Translations under genes and position numbers: made by a program | Notes under the pieces: model-generated | Told to the model about the DNA's origin: nothing | The model's database searches: none | The model's input: only the letters and a program-made list of their open reading frames with translations | Part shown: positions 13,033 to 24,057 of the stretch, in pieces | Position numbering within the stretch: position 1 is the stretch's first letter | How the letters are laid out: each line of letters opens with the position of its first letter | Assembly (NCBI GenBank): GCA_964035545.1 | Contig: OZ037766.1 | Span: forward strand, 32,788,773-32,852,772 | Source: Bugula neritina | Taxonomy: Eukaryota; Animalia; Bryozoa | Direction of reading: 5' to 3' | DNA: 64,000 nt

Positions 13033-14575
13033 AAGCCGGAACTCATGATCGAAAGCCGGACCTCATGATCGACATCCCAGCAACTGCTGATTGCCTCAAA
13101 AAGATTTTCTGTACATCCCTTAAGGTAGGAAAGCTCCCATATCAGTGGAAAACTGCTCACATTACCCCAATTAACAAGGGAGGAGAAACGAACCTTGTAA
13201 CTAACTATCGCCCCATTTCTCTCACATCTATACCATGCAAGATGATGGAACATATTGTTCTTCACTACTTAAATGAAAAGCTGGACAAAATTTTTCACAA
13301 CCGGCAGCATGGTTTTTGCAAAGGTATGTCCTGTGAAACACAGCTCTGTGCCACCTACCACGACATTGCCAAATCAGTGGAATCTTCATATACAACGCAT
13401 GCTATCATCTTAGATTTTAAAAAAGCTTTTGATAAAGTCCCTCACTCCCTGTTGCTACAAAAGCTAAGGCAGATTCCTGACCTATCTCCTCTCTTAGCAA
13501 ATTGGATACAAGATTTCATAACACAGAGGATGCAAAGTGTTGTGATTAAAGGAAATATCTCCACTCCCTGCATGGTCACATCTGGTATTCCTCAAGGATC
13601 TGTTCTCGGACCGACTCGTTTCCTATTATATATAAATGACCTACCCAAAGCACTTACCTGCAATGTAAGCCTCTACGCTGATGATACTCTCATACCAGAA
13701 AGTGAACTCTAGGGAGGAGTCTATGGAGTTTCAGAAAAATATAGATGCAGTTTATCAATGGTCTCAAAAATGGAGAATGCCCTTCAATATCACCAAATGC
13801 CATGCGATGAGTTTTAATACTACAGATACACTTCCAAAATATAAGCTTGGACAGGCAAGTATCCCATGGGTGGACAGCACTAAGTACCTAGGGGTCACTC
13901 TGCAGCAAGACCTTAATTTTGATCAACATATTTCTCAAAAGATAGATAAGGCAACAAAAATTTTTGGAGCTATTAAGTATACGCTCAACTGTGCCCCAAT
14001 ACCAAGCAAGCTGCTAGCTTACACTAGCTTATGTAGGCCAATACTAGAATATGCTGACACTTCATGGGACCCTGCAAAAAAGCAGACAGCAGAATAAATT
14101 GAAAACGTGCAACGGAAAGCTGTACGTTTCATCAGCAACCTAAAAGGGAGAGAGAGTGTGAGCGACGCAAGACAGCGGCTTGGTCCCATACCGCTAGCTG
14201 ACAGGAGAAAGAACCACAGAATCACCTTACTGTTACGCATTCTACAAGATGAACAACGCCACCATGCACTCTCATCTAGCTATGATGAAATTCTCAAGTC
14301 CCGAGCTGATGCTAATATGACAACCCGTGCTGCCAGCAGAGGAGAACTAACGTCAATCTGGGCTAAATCCAAACTCTACTATGACAGTTTCCTCCCACAA
14401 ACCATACGTGACTTGAGGGTAACTAAGAACTAACAACCAAAATCAGCGAAATGCTGTAAAATCAAGTCACTCTGAAACACGCTGTTTTGTTATAAAGAGG
14501 CATTCTTTTTTTGCACAATTTGTGATCCAGAATGTACTATGGACGTCGAGTAAGTATAAGACTAAGAGTAAGTCT
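13033..14575 (+). mobile_element. 5'-truncated, decayed CR1-group non-LTR retrotransposon (RT to 3' end)
   Basis: NYRPISLTS, QHGF, DFKKAFDKV, GIPQGSVLGP, YADD, KYLGV, LEYADTSWDP and FLPQTIRDL motifs; frameshift near 13693 and in-frame TAA at 14095-14097; colinear with the 34379-37165 ORF2. Confidence 0.93.
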
Positions 14576-14579
14576 AATA

Positions 14580-15010
14580 CGTTATTTTATATAATTTTTA
14601 TTACTCAGACCTAGGTCTAGGTAGTAGGGTCAGTTAATGTTAATTGTTACAGTAGCATTACAAAATACAAATATATTAAATTTAATATTAATAGTCACAG
14701 TAATACAATTATATTTATTACTTACTACTATTAGTTATTAGTATTATTACTATTAGTATTACTGTTAGTAATAGTAATAGTAATACTAATAGTATTAGTA
14801 TTACTATTACTAATAGTAATACTAATAGTAATAGTAATAGTAATAATACTAATAACTAATAGTAGTAAGTAATAAATATAATTGTATTACTATGACTATT
14901 AATATTAAATTTAATATATTTGTATTTTGTAATGCTACTGTAACAATTAACATTAACTGACCCTACTACCTAGACCTAGGTCTGAGTAATAAAAATTATA
15001 TAAAATAACG
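14580..15010. repeat. Long near-perfect palindrome (foldback), 431 bp
   Basis: CGTTATTTTATATAATTTTTATTACTCAGACCTAGGTCTAGGTAGTAGGG... at the left is the reverse complement of the right end ...CCCTACTACCTAGACCTAGGTCTGAGTAATAAAAATTATATAAAATAACG. The centre is an AAT/AGT/ACT microsatellite. Confidence 0.95.
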
Positions 15011-15500
15011 AAGTAAAGTAAACGTGACAATAACACTAACTGTGGGTCTAAGTTTATTCTGTCTGTATCTTTCATTCACTCTGTGAGTGTAACACTAACA
15101 GTAACTGTAAGGCTAAAAATAAGTCAGAGGTGTAAGTTTTAAAATGAAATTTGAATTAAATAATAAATGTATCGTAATAATTTATAATAGTAATACATTG
15201 TTGAAAATGTTGCATAAACTAAATGAGTTATGCAATGAAACAGCTATTTTCTCAATAACTCAAGGCGTTAATAGGGATGCCTGCTAAATTAAACACAGTT
15301 TTAGGCTCAAGTCGTATGAGCATATTCTTATATCTTTTTGCAGTTGAGTTGTAAGTAACAAAAGATATAAGATATATAAATATACAAAACCTTTAACTAA
15401 AGATATCATAATATTTAAAAAGTCAGTTATTGGTCATCGCAGCATTTTTGTGTTTCCAAATGCAAGTATGCTTTTTGTTTTGTCAGAAAACACCTGAGAC

Positions 15501-18500
15501 ATGGCTTATCAGCCTGCGGATGATGATGAAGCTGTAGAAGAGCTTGAAGAGCAGAACCCTGTTCCTTTTAATCAGTTTGTAAGTTACAACCAAACACCAT
15601 GCTCATCAGTGCAAAGCAAAAAGTAGTAAACTGCTCGCTCTATACAATATAATATAATAATAGTATAACTGAGTATTCATCTAAATATTCATTTGGTTTT
15701 AGCATATTTTGCTAGCTACTAATATTCTGAAAATTAAGCTCCTTAGCCTTCTTATTTTGGAGTCTTAATAATTCATTCATTTTGATGGATATAATAGGAT
15801 TCCAATATGTGTTCATTTAAATTGTAAGTTATGTTTTCATATTCTTGTACAGAATTCAAACATATGCATACATAATTGTATTCTTTTCACATTCTCAAGT
15901 AGCTAAATAACTAACTCAATGATTCCAACAGCGGTTGAGTTCATGAGTTAGAGGGATATTGCTCATCTGTTACTGAAATGAATATATTACTCCCATTTTG
16001 GGCTTTGAGTTCATCAAATAATACTGCAAGAAAGCAGTTTGATTCAAGCTGTAGTAATGAAATATAGTATTTAATGCTAGTATTTCAGTCTGGTGATGAA
16101 ATCAGCCATGCTTTGTGGGGTTCTCATTTGTTCAAATATTATATTGTCACTTTAGCTAGCCGTACAACATGGACAAGCTACTGTCAGTTTTGGAGATATT
16201 GATAAAGAGCATGAGGTGAAGCTTTCCTGCTATGTTGGTCTGTTTCTATACTGACATGTTATATAAATGTATCGTCTGTATTTGTCTTCTTTCGTGAGAT
16301 TTGTAACTGCTTGGAGAAAATAATAGTTTATTTTTTAGAATTCGAACCAAAACTAAATTTTATACCTGAGTGTGTTTATTTGGCAACAATTTTGCGCCAA
16401 CATTTTAACAAATATTTGACAGTAAAACTTTTACTTCACTTTTGATTGTAAACTTCTATTCACTAAATGTTCATGGTCAACTGTTAGTGAAAATTAGTAT
16501 TTAGTAGCTGTAAGTTAACAAGTACATTTTAAAAACTTAGTCCTCACTTATCTGCTAGTTTTTCATGTTGAAATAACGTTTTTTTAAGATTTTGATTGAG
16601 GTTTCCACATGTTGCTGGTGATTCAAGTTTTAACATTATACTATTGACTGGTAGATAAGGGGGGTTCCCCCTCAGTTGGATGGTGTTGTGGACGATGCAG
16701 TAGAGCTCATTAGACGAGTAAAAAGAGGTGAAGTAGATGTCGGCTTGCATACTCTCTATGAACACATTGAAGTGGATCTCAGGTTGAGAACGGTTAGTTT
16801 GATATGTTTTGGGTCTCATTCCTCACTGCTGAGTTAGTTCTCTGTAACGTACTCTACCTTTCATGTTGACCTCTGACCTTGACAAGTCTGCTGTTCACTC
16901 TATAAATAGCATTCTAACTTATCTATTTGGGAATAACACAAAACATTTTATATTTAACGTGTTTCTCCACTCTTTCTGTTTTAGCCTACCGACACTTTAC
17001 CTTTGGAAGATTCAGGACCAAATGGACCATTTGCAATTTTAGAAAGACTATTTTTAGATGTGTTTTATTACTATCAGTTTGAGTTAGAAGGGTATATCAC
17101 AGAAGAGGAGGCAAACAACCAGATATTCAGCATATTAAACCAGTATTGTACGAAGGTTAAAGACATCTCTGAAGGCTGCCTAGTGGCTGACTTGGAACTC
17201 AAAGATGACCACCAGTTGAGTCACCTCGTTTCAAATTTAAATCTCATTTCCCGCCAAATACATGAAGCGCTTTTTAAAAAGGGAAAAATTAATTCTCTAG
17301 TTGAAAGGAGAGACATTTCAGATGATGTAAAGGAAGGAGTGAAGAAGCTGTTTGATAAAATGTGGGCCAAACTGAAGCTGCGTGTAGTGTTACAGAAACA
17401 GGAAATGGTGGACTTTTTAAAGAACACAGCTGATAGTGTTTCCTTGACGATACTGATACAACACGCGTTGTTGCAACCTCCTAAACCAAAGAGTGTGGCT
17501 CACTTACTGGAGGACTTCAAAAACTTTGAGCACACATACAAAGAGCTGAGCAATCTGTTAGGGTCACCACTTGAGGTGGGTTACATTCATCACAAGTGAC
17601 TGAGTTTGTCTTTTATATACAATCACGGGCTTTCCATGTACCGATCTCAGATCGATCTTGCTGAGATCGATCTGGGAAATGTGCTCAGATCGATCGTTTT
17701 TCCATGAGAGTGTCAGATCGATCTCACGAAGTTGCCTCCTCTTAAGTGAAGGATACTTTAAAAGTATAATTTGTTCACCTATATGAGTGATTAAAACTAC
17801 TACTGTTGAAAACAAGATGGCCGTAGTCTAAAATTTAATTCCAGCTATAAACTTTACGCAGCAAAGCTTTCAGTGTATGGTAATTTGGCCAATTTAAAAT
17901 AATTAATTTTAATTTTTTAGTTTGACAGCTTATATAAAATTAATGGCTGTCTTGCAGATTATTAATAAACTTACAGGACTGTTGGGCTTAAATTTATAAA
18001 GAAAATAGCTAATGAAACTAAGTTTTAATAGTCATTTAAATTCAATTTAAATTCTCCCATTTTTTTTTACCTTCTACTGCATATGATTAAGTTTTCTTAA
18101 TCATCGTACTGAAAGTCAAAGTTTTGGCATCTGAAAACGTGGCTATCATAATTATTTAATACTTTGCTTAGTAATTATCAATAAGTTATCATTTTTATTA
18201 GCAGACAACATTGTAGCGCGCAGTCTTTTTCTACTTCTCAGATCGATCTGGCGTCTTTCCATGGTCTTATTGACATGAGATCGATCTGAGTTCGAGCTTC
18301 ACAGACCGACCAGCTCAGATCGACGGAGATCGATCTTTGGCGTCTTTCCATGGATCGATCTCGCTGAGATCGATCTGAGATCGGTACATGGAAAGCCGGT
18401 GAATATCAAAGCTTTAGTCAAACTGCTATACGGCTCATTGGTTCAGGTCAAAGGTCATTTCAGTTGACAAGGGAAGGCAATTAGTAATTGCTTATGCTTT

Positions 18501-21500
18501 ACTGAAACTTTTTAAATCTGCTTCTAGTAGTAAATTGTGACCTTAGTGTAGGCTCATGAAACTTAGGCTAAACTCGCAGTAAGGACATCGCTTCCTATAC
18601 CCCCCCTTCACTGTATAGCCATGGTATGTGAATGTTTCGTGTAATCTAACGTAACTTGTATATGATATGCATTACGTTGTTTTGTTTGTGTAGAAATCAG
18701 AAGAGAAATTTTCTGAAGACCCCTCCAAAGTTGCTGAAGATTTAAAGGCAGTAAGTTAACTCACTTAACAGTACTAGTAGTACTAGTAGCACTACACTAA
18801 CAGTACTAGTAGTATTAGTAGCACTACACTAACAGTACTAGTAGTACTAGTAGCACTACACTAACAGTACTAGTAGTATTAGTAACACTACACTAACAGT
18901 ACTAGTAGTATTAGTAACACTACACTAACAGTACTAGTAGTATTAGTAGCACTACACTAACAGTACTAGTAGTATTAGTAACACTACACTAACAGTACTA
19001 GTAGTATTAGTAGCACTACACTAACAGTACTAGTAGTATTAGTAGCACTACACTAACAGTACTAGTAGTACTAGTAGCACTACACTAACAGTACTAGTAG
19101 TATTAGTAGCACTACACTAACAGTACTAGTAGTACTAGTAGCACTACACTAACAGTACTAGTAGTATTAGTAGCACTACACTAACAGTACTAGTAGTACT
19201 AGTAGCACTACACTAACAGTACTAGTAGTATTAGTAGCACTACACTAACAGTACTAGTAGTATTAGTAGCATTACACTAACAGTACTAGTAGTATTAGTA
19301 GCACTACACTAACAGCTAACTAACTCAATCATACACAGCCATGTAATATCCTTTTAGTTCCACATGCTAGTTAATATACCTGCTAGCCAGTTACCTCAGT
19401 AATATGAACACTGCTGTCAAACAGCACCTCTATGTTCATAGTGTTATGAGATGGGAGGAATACCCCAGCTTGTTGAGTGTGGCACAATTTCATCAGTGTG
19501 TAGTGACTCTTTTCTGCAGCTGGTTTTTTAATAGCTCACTTGTGCACCATGCTTGTTTGCTACAGCTGACTCTAGACACCGAGAAAGATGTTGCGAAGGC
19601 TTCTGGGAAAGATTTAGGAGAGAGTTTTAAAGAAAGTTCATCTATGACAGGCGCAAAGAGAAAGGTAAGTACCACACTGAAAGCAGAGTAAGTAACAGAG
19701 AAAGAAAAAGAAAGGTAAGTACCACACTGAAGGCAGAGTAAGTAACAGAGGAAGAAAGAGAAAGGTAAGTACCACACTGAAAGCAGAGTAAGTAACGCAG
19801 ACAGAGAGAGAGCTGATATAGTTTCCTGGTATATGTTTCCTGTTGTAGACATATAAAGGTCCTCTCAGTCCACCAGGTGCCAAGGCAGAACAGGTGAGTG
19901 AACTTTACCAACTATTGGATAGTTAGTTCCGTAACACTGTAGCTACAAAGTGAGTATTTATCACTGCTACTATGTGTTTGTTGCTTGTCACGGCTGTTTA
20001 ATGTTACACCACAGCGATCTGTTGCAACTAGGTTTCTGACAAATTTACTTCCACGATTCAGATAGAGTTGTTTGCATAATTTATCCAAGGTTATAGATAC
20101 AAATTTAAAAGTAATTTTTGGGGTTAAATATTTTCCAATGAATTGAATAATAGTCGTGGTTAGTAGCGAGGGACAAGTGGAAAACCTTCAACCAATCAAA
20201 AGTTAGCAGCAGTCAATGGTTTGATAATGTTGAGCGTTTGAGGTAGAACAGGCCACTGTGGTGTGAAATCAGATAGCTGTAGCAATAGTCTTTTAGCTAC
20301 AGTGTGAGCAGGGTATCTAGTTACTATGTTGATATATACAGTATATACTATTACTATGTTGATATATACAGTACATACTGTTGCTATATTGATATATACA
20401 GTACATACTGTCGCTATAGGCCGCTGACCCAGAGCTCAGTCAAACTGCCCTCCATATACCTTCCCTACTGAATTCTGTCACGGACAGGAAGTTGTTTGAC
20501 TTTTTCAAGCAGTTCGGTCCTCTCGTTGATGTCGTCCTTCCCTGGGACAGCTATACGGGCAGGAAAAGTAAGATCTATTAATAGATATAGATTATATTAG
20601 ATGAGTCCTGGTGTTTCCTAGTGTCGAACAATCTTGTTGGTTATTTGGTTGTTGTGTGGATATCTGCAATCAGCCGTATTTTACTGATGTGTTATGGGAA
20701 AGATTGATTTTCTGTTTGTATGTCTTGTAGGAGGTTTTGGACGAGTTCAGTTTGCCAAAACGGAGGATGCAAAAAGAGCTCTCGATAGCCAACACTCTTC
20801 TGGGAGCTTCTCTGAGATTAAACAATCAAAGGTAGATATAATTATCACACTTGTGTCTTTCTTCGTGATGTAGTGTATAGTGTATACTGTGTAGTGTATA
20901 CTGTGCAGTGTGTACTGTGTAGTGTGTACTGTGTAGTGTGTACTGTGTAGTGTGTAGTGTATACTGTGTAGTGTATACTGTGCAGTGTGTACTGTGTAGT
21001 GTGTACTGTGCAGTGTGTACTGTGTAGTGTGTACTGTGTAGTGTATACTGTGTAGTGTGTACTGTGTAGTGTGTACTGTGTAGTGTGTACTGTGTAGTGT
21101 ATACTGTGTAGTGTGTACTGTGTAGTGTATACTGTGTAGTGTGTACTGTGTAGTGTATACTGGGTAGTGTATGTTATATATGTTTCATATAGAAAAGATA
21201 CGAATCAAGGTTAGAAAAAGAAAAGCTGTACATACGAGTGGAGAGTCCAGAGACCCGAAGTCTGGTACAGACTATCTGTGGGCCCGACAGTCTGGACAGT
21301 CTTACAGCTGCTAGTGCCTATTTCCCTGAGCTGTTTGGTGAGTCATTGCTCACGTGATACTCTTTCTATCATCCTCGGGATAACTTCCCTGCAATGGCCG
21401 CCCAAACCCCCATGCATACTTGTCCCTTCTTGTTCCTACCACTGAGGACTAGCTCAGAGGGACTGGGTAGCTGACAGGGTGTGGGCCAGTCTGTGTTCAC

Positions 21501-22027
21501 CCTGTAACTAGTTGTTAGTTTTTACATGTTTGTTTGACTTAGTTTACTTTTCATGGCCGTAATTTATAGAACTTTTATTTTGGAGATCAGAAAAACACTC
21601 CTATGGAAAGATAGTATAGTATAGCCTTTAGTCACAGTTTTAGGTCAAATTTATGAGATTTCAAAGAATTAGACAATATCTGATGTCAATATTACTCTTT
21701 ACTTGGTGGTATCTATGACGTCCACAGTTGCAGTTGCTAGTATGTAATATATTTATGACTTTAGTACCTATGACTTCTCCGGAGTCTGCACTCAAAGCCT
21801 TAGAAAGACTGCAAGCTGAGGGTGTTTATGTCTTGTTCGCTCGAGAAAGACAAGCAGGGTGGGTTTTTCAAAGTTTATTTATACTTTCACTGTTGCTGCT
21901 AATAAATTCTACAAATATCATGTTTATAATAATATAATCTACTCAGACACTTTTCCTTGATGTTGATATGCACTGGGTTAGTAACTTGGTACTCTTTTAC
22001 AGACCAAGGAGGCCACGAAGGTTCTAG
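15501..22027 (+). CDS. Uncharacterised N-terminal domain + 2 RRM protein, paralog A (exons 15501-15578, 16156-16215, 16655-16792, 16985-17575, 18694-18750, 19566-19664, 19849-19893, 20420-20567, 20731-20831, 21193-21337, 21765-21858, 22003-22027)
   Basis: All exons have GT-AG boundaries and join in phase. RRM1: LHIPSL...TDRKLFDFFKQFGPLVDVVLPWDSYTGRK|RGFGRVQFAKTEDAKRAL. Degenerate RRM2: KLYIRV...SPESALKALERLQ. Exon-by-exon homology with the gene at 24058-28713. Confidence 0.85.
17624..18401. mobile_element. Non-autonomous TIR element (MITE), CMC/EnSpm-Chapaev-like, in an intron of paralog A
   Basis: TIRs CACGGGCTTTCCATGTACCGATCTCAGATCGATCT / AGATCGATCTGAGATCGGTACATGGAAAGCCGGTG; CAC..GTG ends; 3-bp TSD AAT on both sides; multiple subterminal AGATCGATCT motifs. 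Confidence 0.9.
18766..19315. repeat. 32-bp minisatellite (TAACAGTACTAGTAGTATTAGTAGCACTACAC), about 17 copies
   Basis: Direct inspection; begins 15 nt after the donor at 18751. Confidence 0.95.
19657..19796 (+). repeat. 50-bp repeat (3 copies) duplicating the 5' splice site GAAAG|GTAAGT
   Basis: Donor GT at 19665, 19715 and 19765. Confidence 0.9.
20868..21172. repeat. About 14-bp repeat (GTAGTGTGTACTGT)n in an intron
   Basis: Direct inspection. Confidence 0.92.
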
Positions 22028-22226
22028 ACTGACGTATCTCAGAGAAGGTTCTAGACTAAAGTATCTCAGAGAAGGTTCTAGACTCTGTCCCTCTTCAAAG
22101 TATCTCAGAGAAAGTTCTAGTCTCTGTCTCTCTTCAAAGTTTCTCAGAGAAGGTTCTAGTCTCTGTCCCTCTTCAAAGTTTCTCAGAGAAGGTTCTAGTC
22201 TCTGTCCCTCTTCAAAGTATCTCTAA
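22017..22226 (+). repeat. 27/39-bp tandem repeat beginning across the stop codon of paralog A (GAAGGTTCTAG x6)
   Basis: Units CTCAGAGAAGGTTCTAGTCTCTGTCCCTCTTCAAAGTAT; the first TAG (22025-22027) is the stop of the phase-2 last exon. Confidence 0.85.
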
Positions 22227-24057
22227 GATTCACCGTTTCTTGTCCTTTTAGTCATCTCATGAAATCATATCTTCTCTCCAGAGAATTTAGTTGCAGACCA
22301 GATAGATATAATACAGTATGTCATTTACTATATTATGTACTATATAACATCTGTCTTATAATACCTACATGTATATAGTATGTATTTTATTATATATACT
22401 GTGTATTGTAATATCCATTATATATGATATTATTGTTTATACAATGTAGTACATTTATAAAAACATATTTACTTGCAACAATTGCTCAGAGAATCAAAAT
22501 CATAGGAGCTTTTATCTTTTACTCTTCATTCGCCTTTCACTCTAGCGTCCATCTTGTTTTTTATATTATTTTATTATGATTTGTTTTAGCCACTAATCAG
22601 CTTGCATATGCAATTCCATTACCTGCATAGTTTCTATTCTTTATAGACTGTAAGGTTTATGCAGATCACCATAACCCTTACAGTCTAACTAATACAATGA
22701 AATGAATTTTTAATTTGTATTTATAATATTTTCTATAAAACATGTATTTTATTCAATGTGTATTTTGTGTTTAAACTATTGTCTTCTCTATAAGAAAATG
22801 TTTAAAGCATTTGATGGTACGTTTCAGCAGCAAAATTTAAAATTTTCTGCCCCTCTTCAGGAGCTGTCTACAGTAGTTAGTGTATGCATTTATCATGTTT
22901 ATGTGATTGCCATAATATGTCCTATCAGTTTTATATAGCTTTTATTGATTTTTCAAAAATTTGAAAAATTAGAATTCTGGAAATAGATTTCACAGCCCTG
23001 TATCACAGTCTCACAGCTACAGAAAAGTTAATATTCAATAGAAATGTTTGTTTACAATAACAAACATATAAGTTTTATTGAAACTAAGCTTTTATTTATC
23101 CTTTTTATGTGATAACATAGTATGCAATGTAGTAAAAATGCATTTTCTGTGGCTGTATTTACTGATGAATGTTTTCTCACAGCTAGCTGCCCTATGTTGC
23201 AAGAATATTGCGATTGTTTGAGCTGATTGCAAGTCGTCATCTTTAAATAATCTATCTTCTGTCATTCATTTGTTCACTGGTTACTGCTGTTCACTGCAGC
23301 TTTTTATATAACTATCATTTGTTATTGTTCAAATTAATTCATCTATAAACAACAGGAATATTTTTAAACCCTTGATCTTGTAATTATTGCCAAGCAGATT
23401 AACAGCAGTTCACTCTGCAAAGCATACAAACTACCCTGGTATGTTCCAGGACATATGGATACTTCATGTGTTGAAATATTGATATACCTGTACCATGTTG
23501 CAAGTGTCAAGAACTTAGTTTATGAGTTATTCAGTGTCTTAATAAATATTAATTTCACAGCCATAGCATCCCATATTTGGAGTAAAAACGTCCACAGCAG
23601 CATCAGGTTTGAGGGTTCTGCATCTAAGCTATCCACAAATCCTTTGAGCTGACAACGTTACAGCAGCAAAGGAAAGGATGTGAGCAAGTTTATTTGATTT
23701 GGCTCATGAATAATATTAAACAGTTAAGTAAAAAAAGATTCACTAAGAACTAAATACTATAGAAACTATGACAAGCAATATAGCATATACCTGCACGAGT
23801 TAATAAAACTGGACAAGCTGAGCGTGTAGGGTGACATTTCACCTTCAACTTATAAATATATATAATCAAAGAAACATATCATAAAAGTATCAAAACAATA
23901 TAGAGTTAATGATTGCTGTTCAAAAAGGTTTGACCTTCTATTCGGTATAGAAAGGATGTAGAAGTTTACAAGCTGATAATCCTACTGATTACCTCAGCTC
24001 TTCACTTAGTCAGCACACTATCGACTATTACTTATAAATAGAACTATTCCGTTTTCT

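Noticed and set aside
21957-22226. ORF with LREGSSLCPSSK repeats as the C-terminus of paralog A
   Set aside because: The only GT donor (21859) is phase 2, matching paralog B, which places the stop at 22025-22027.
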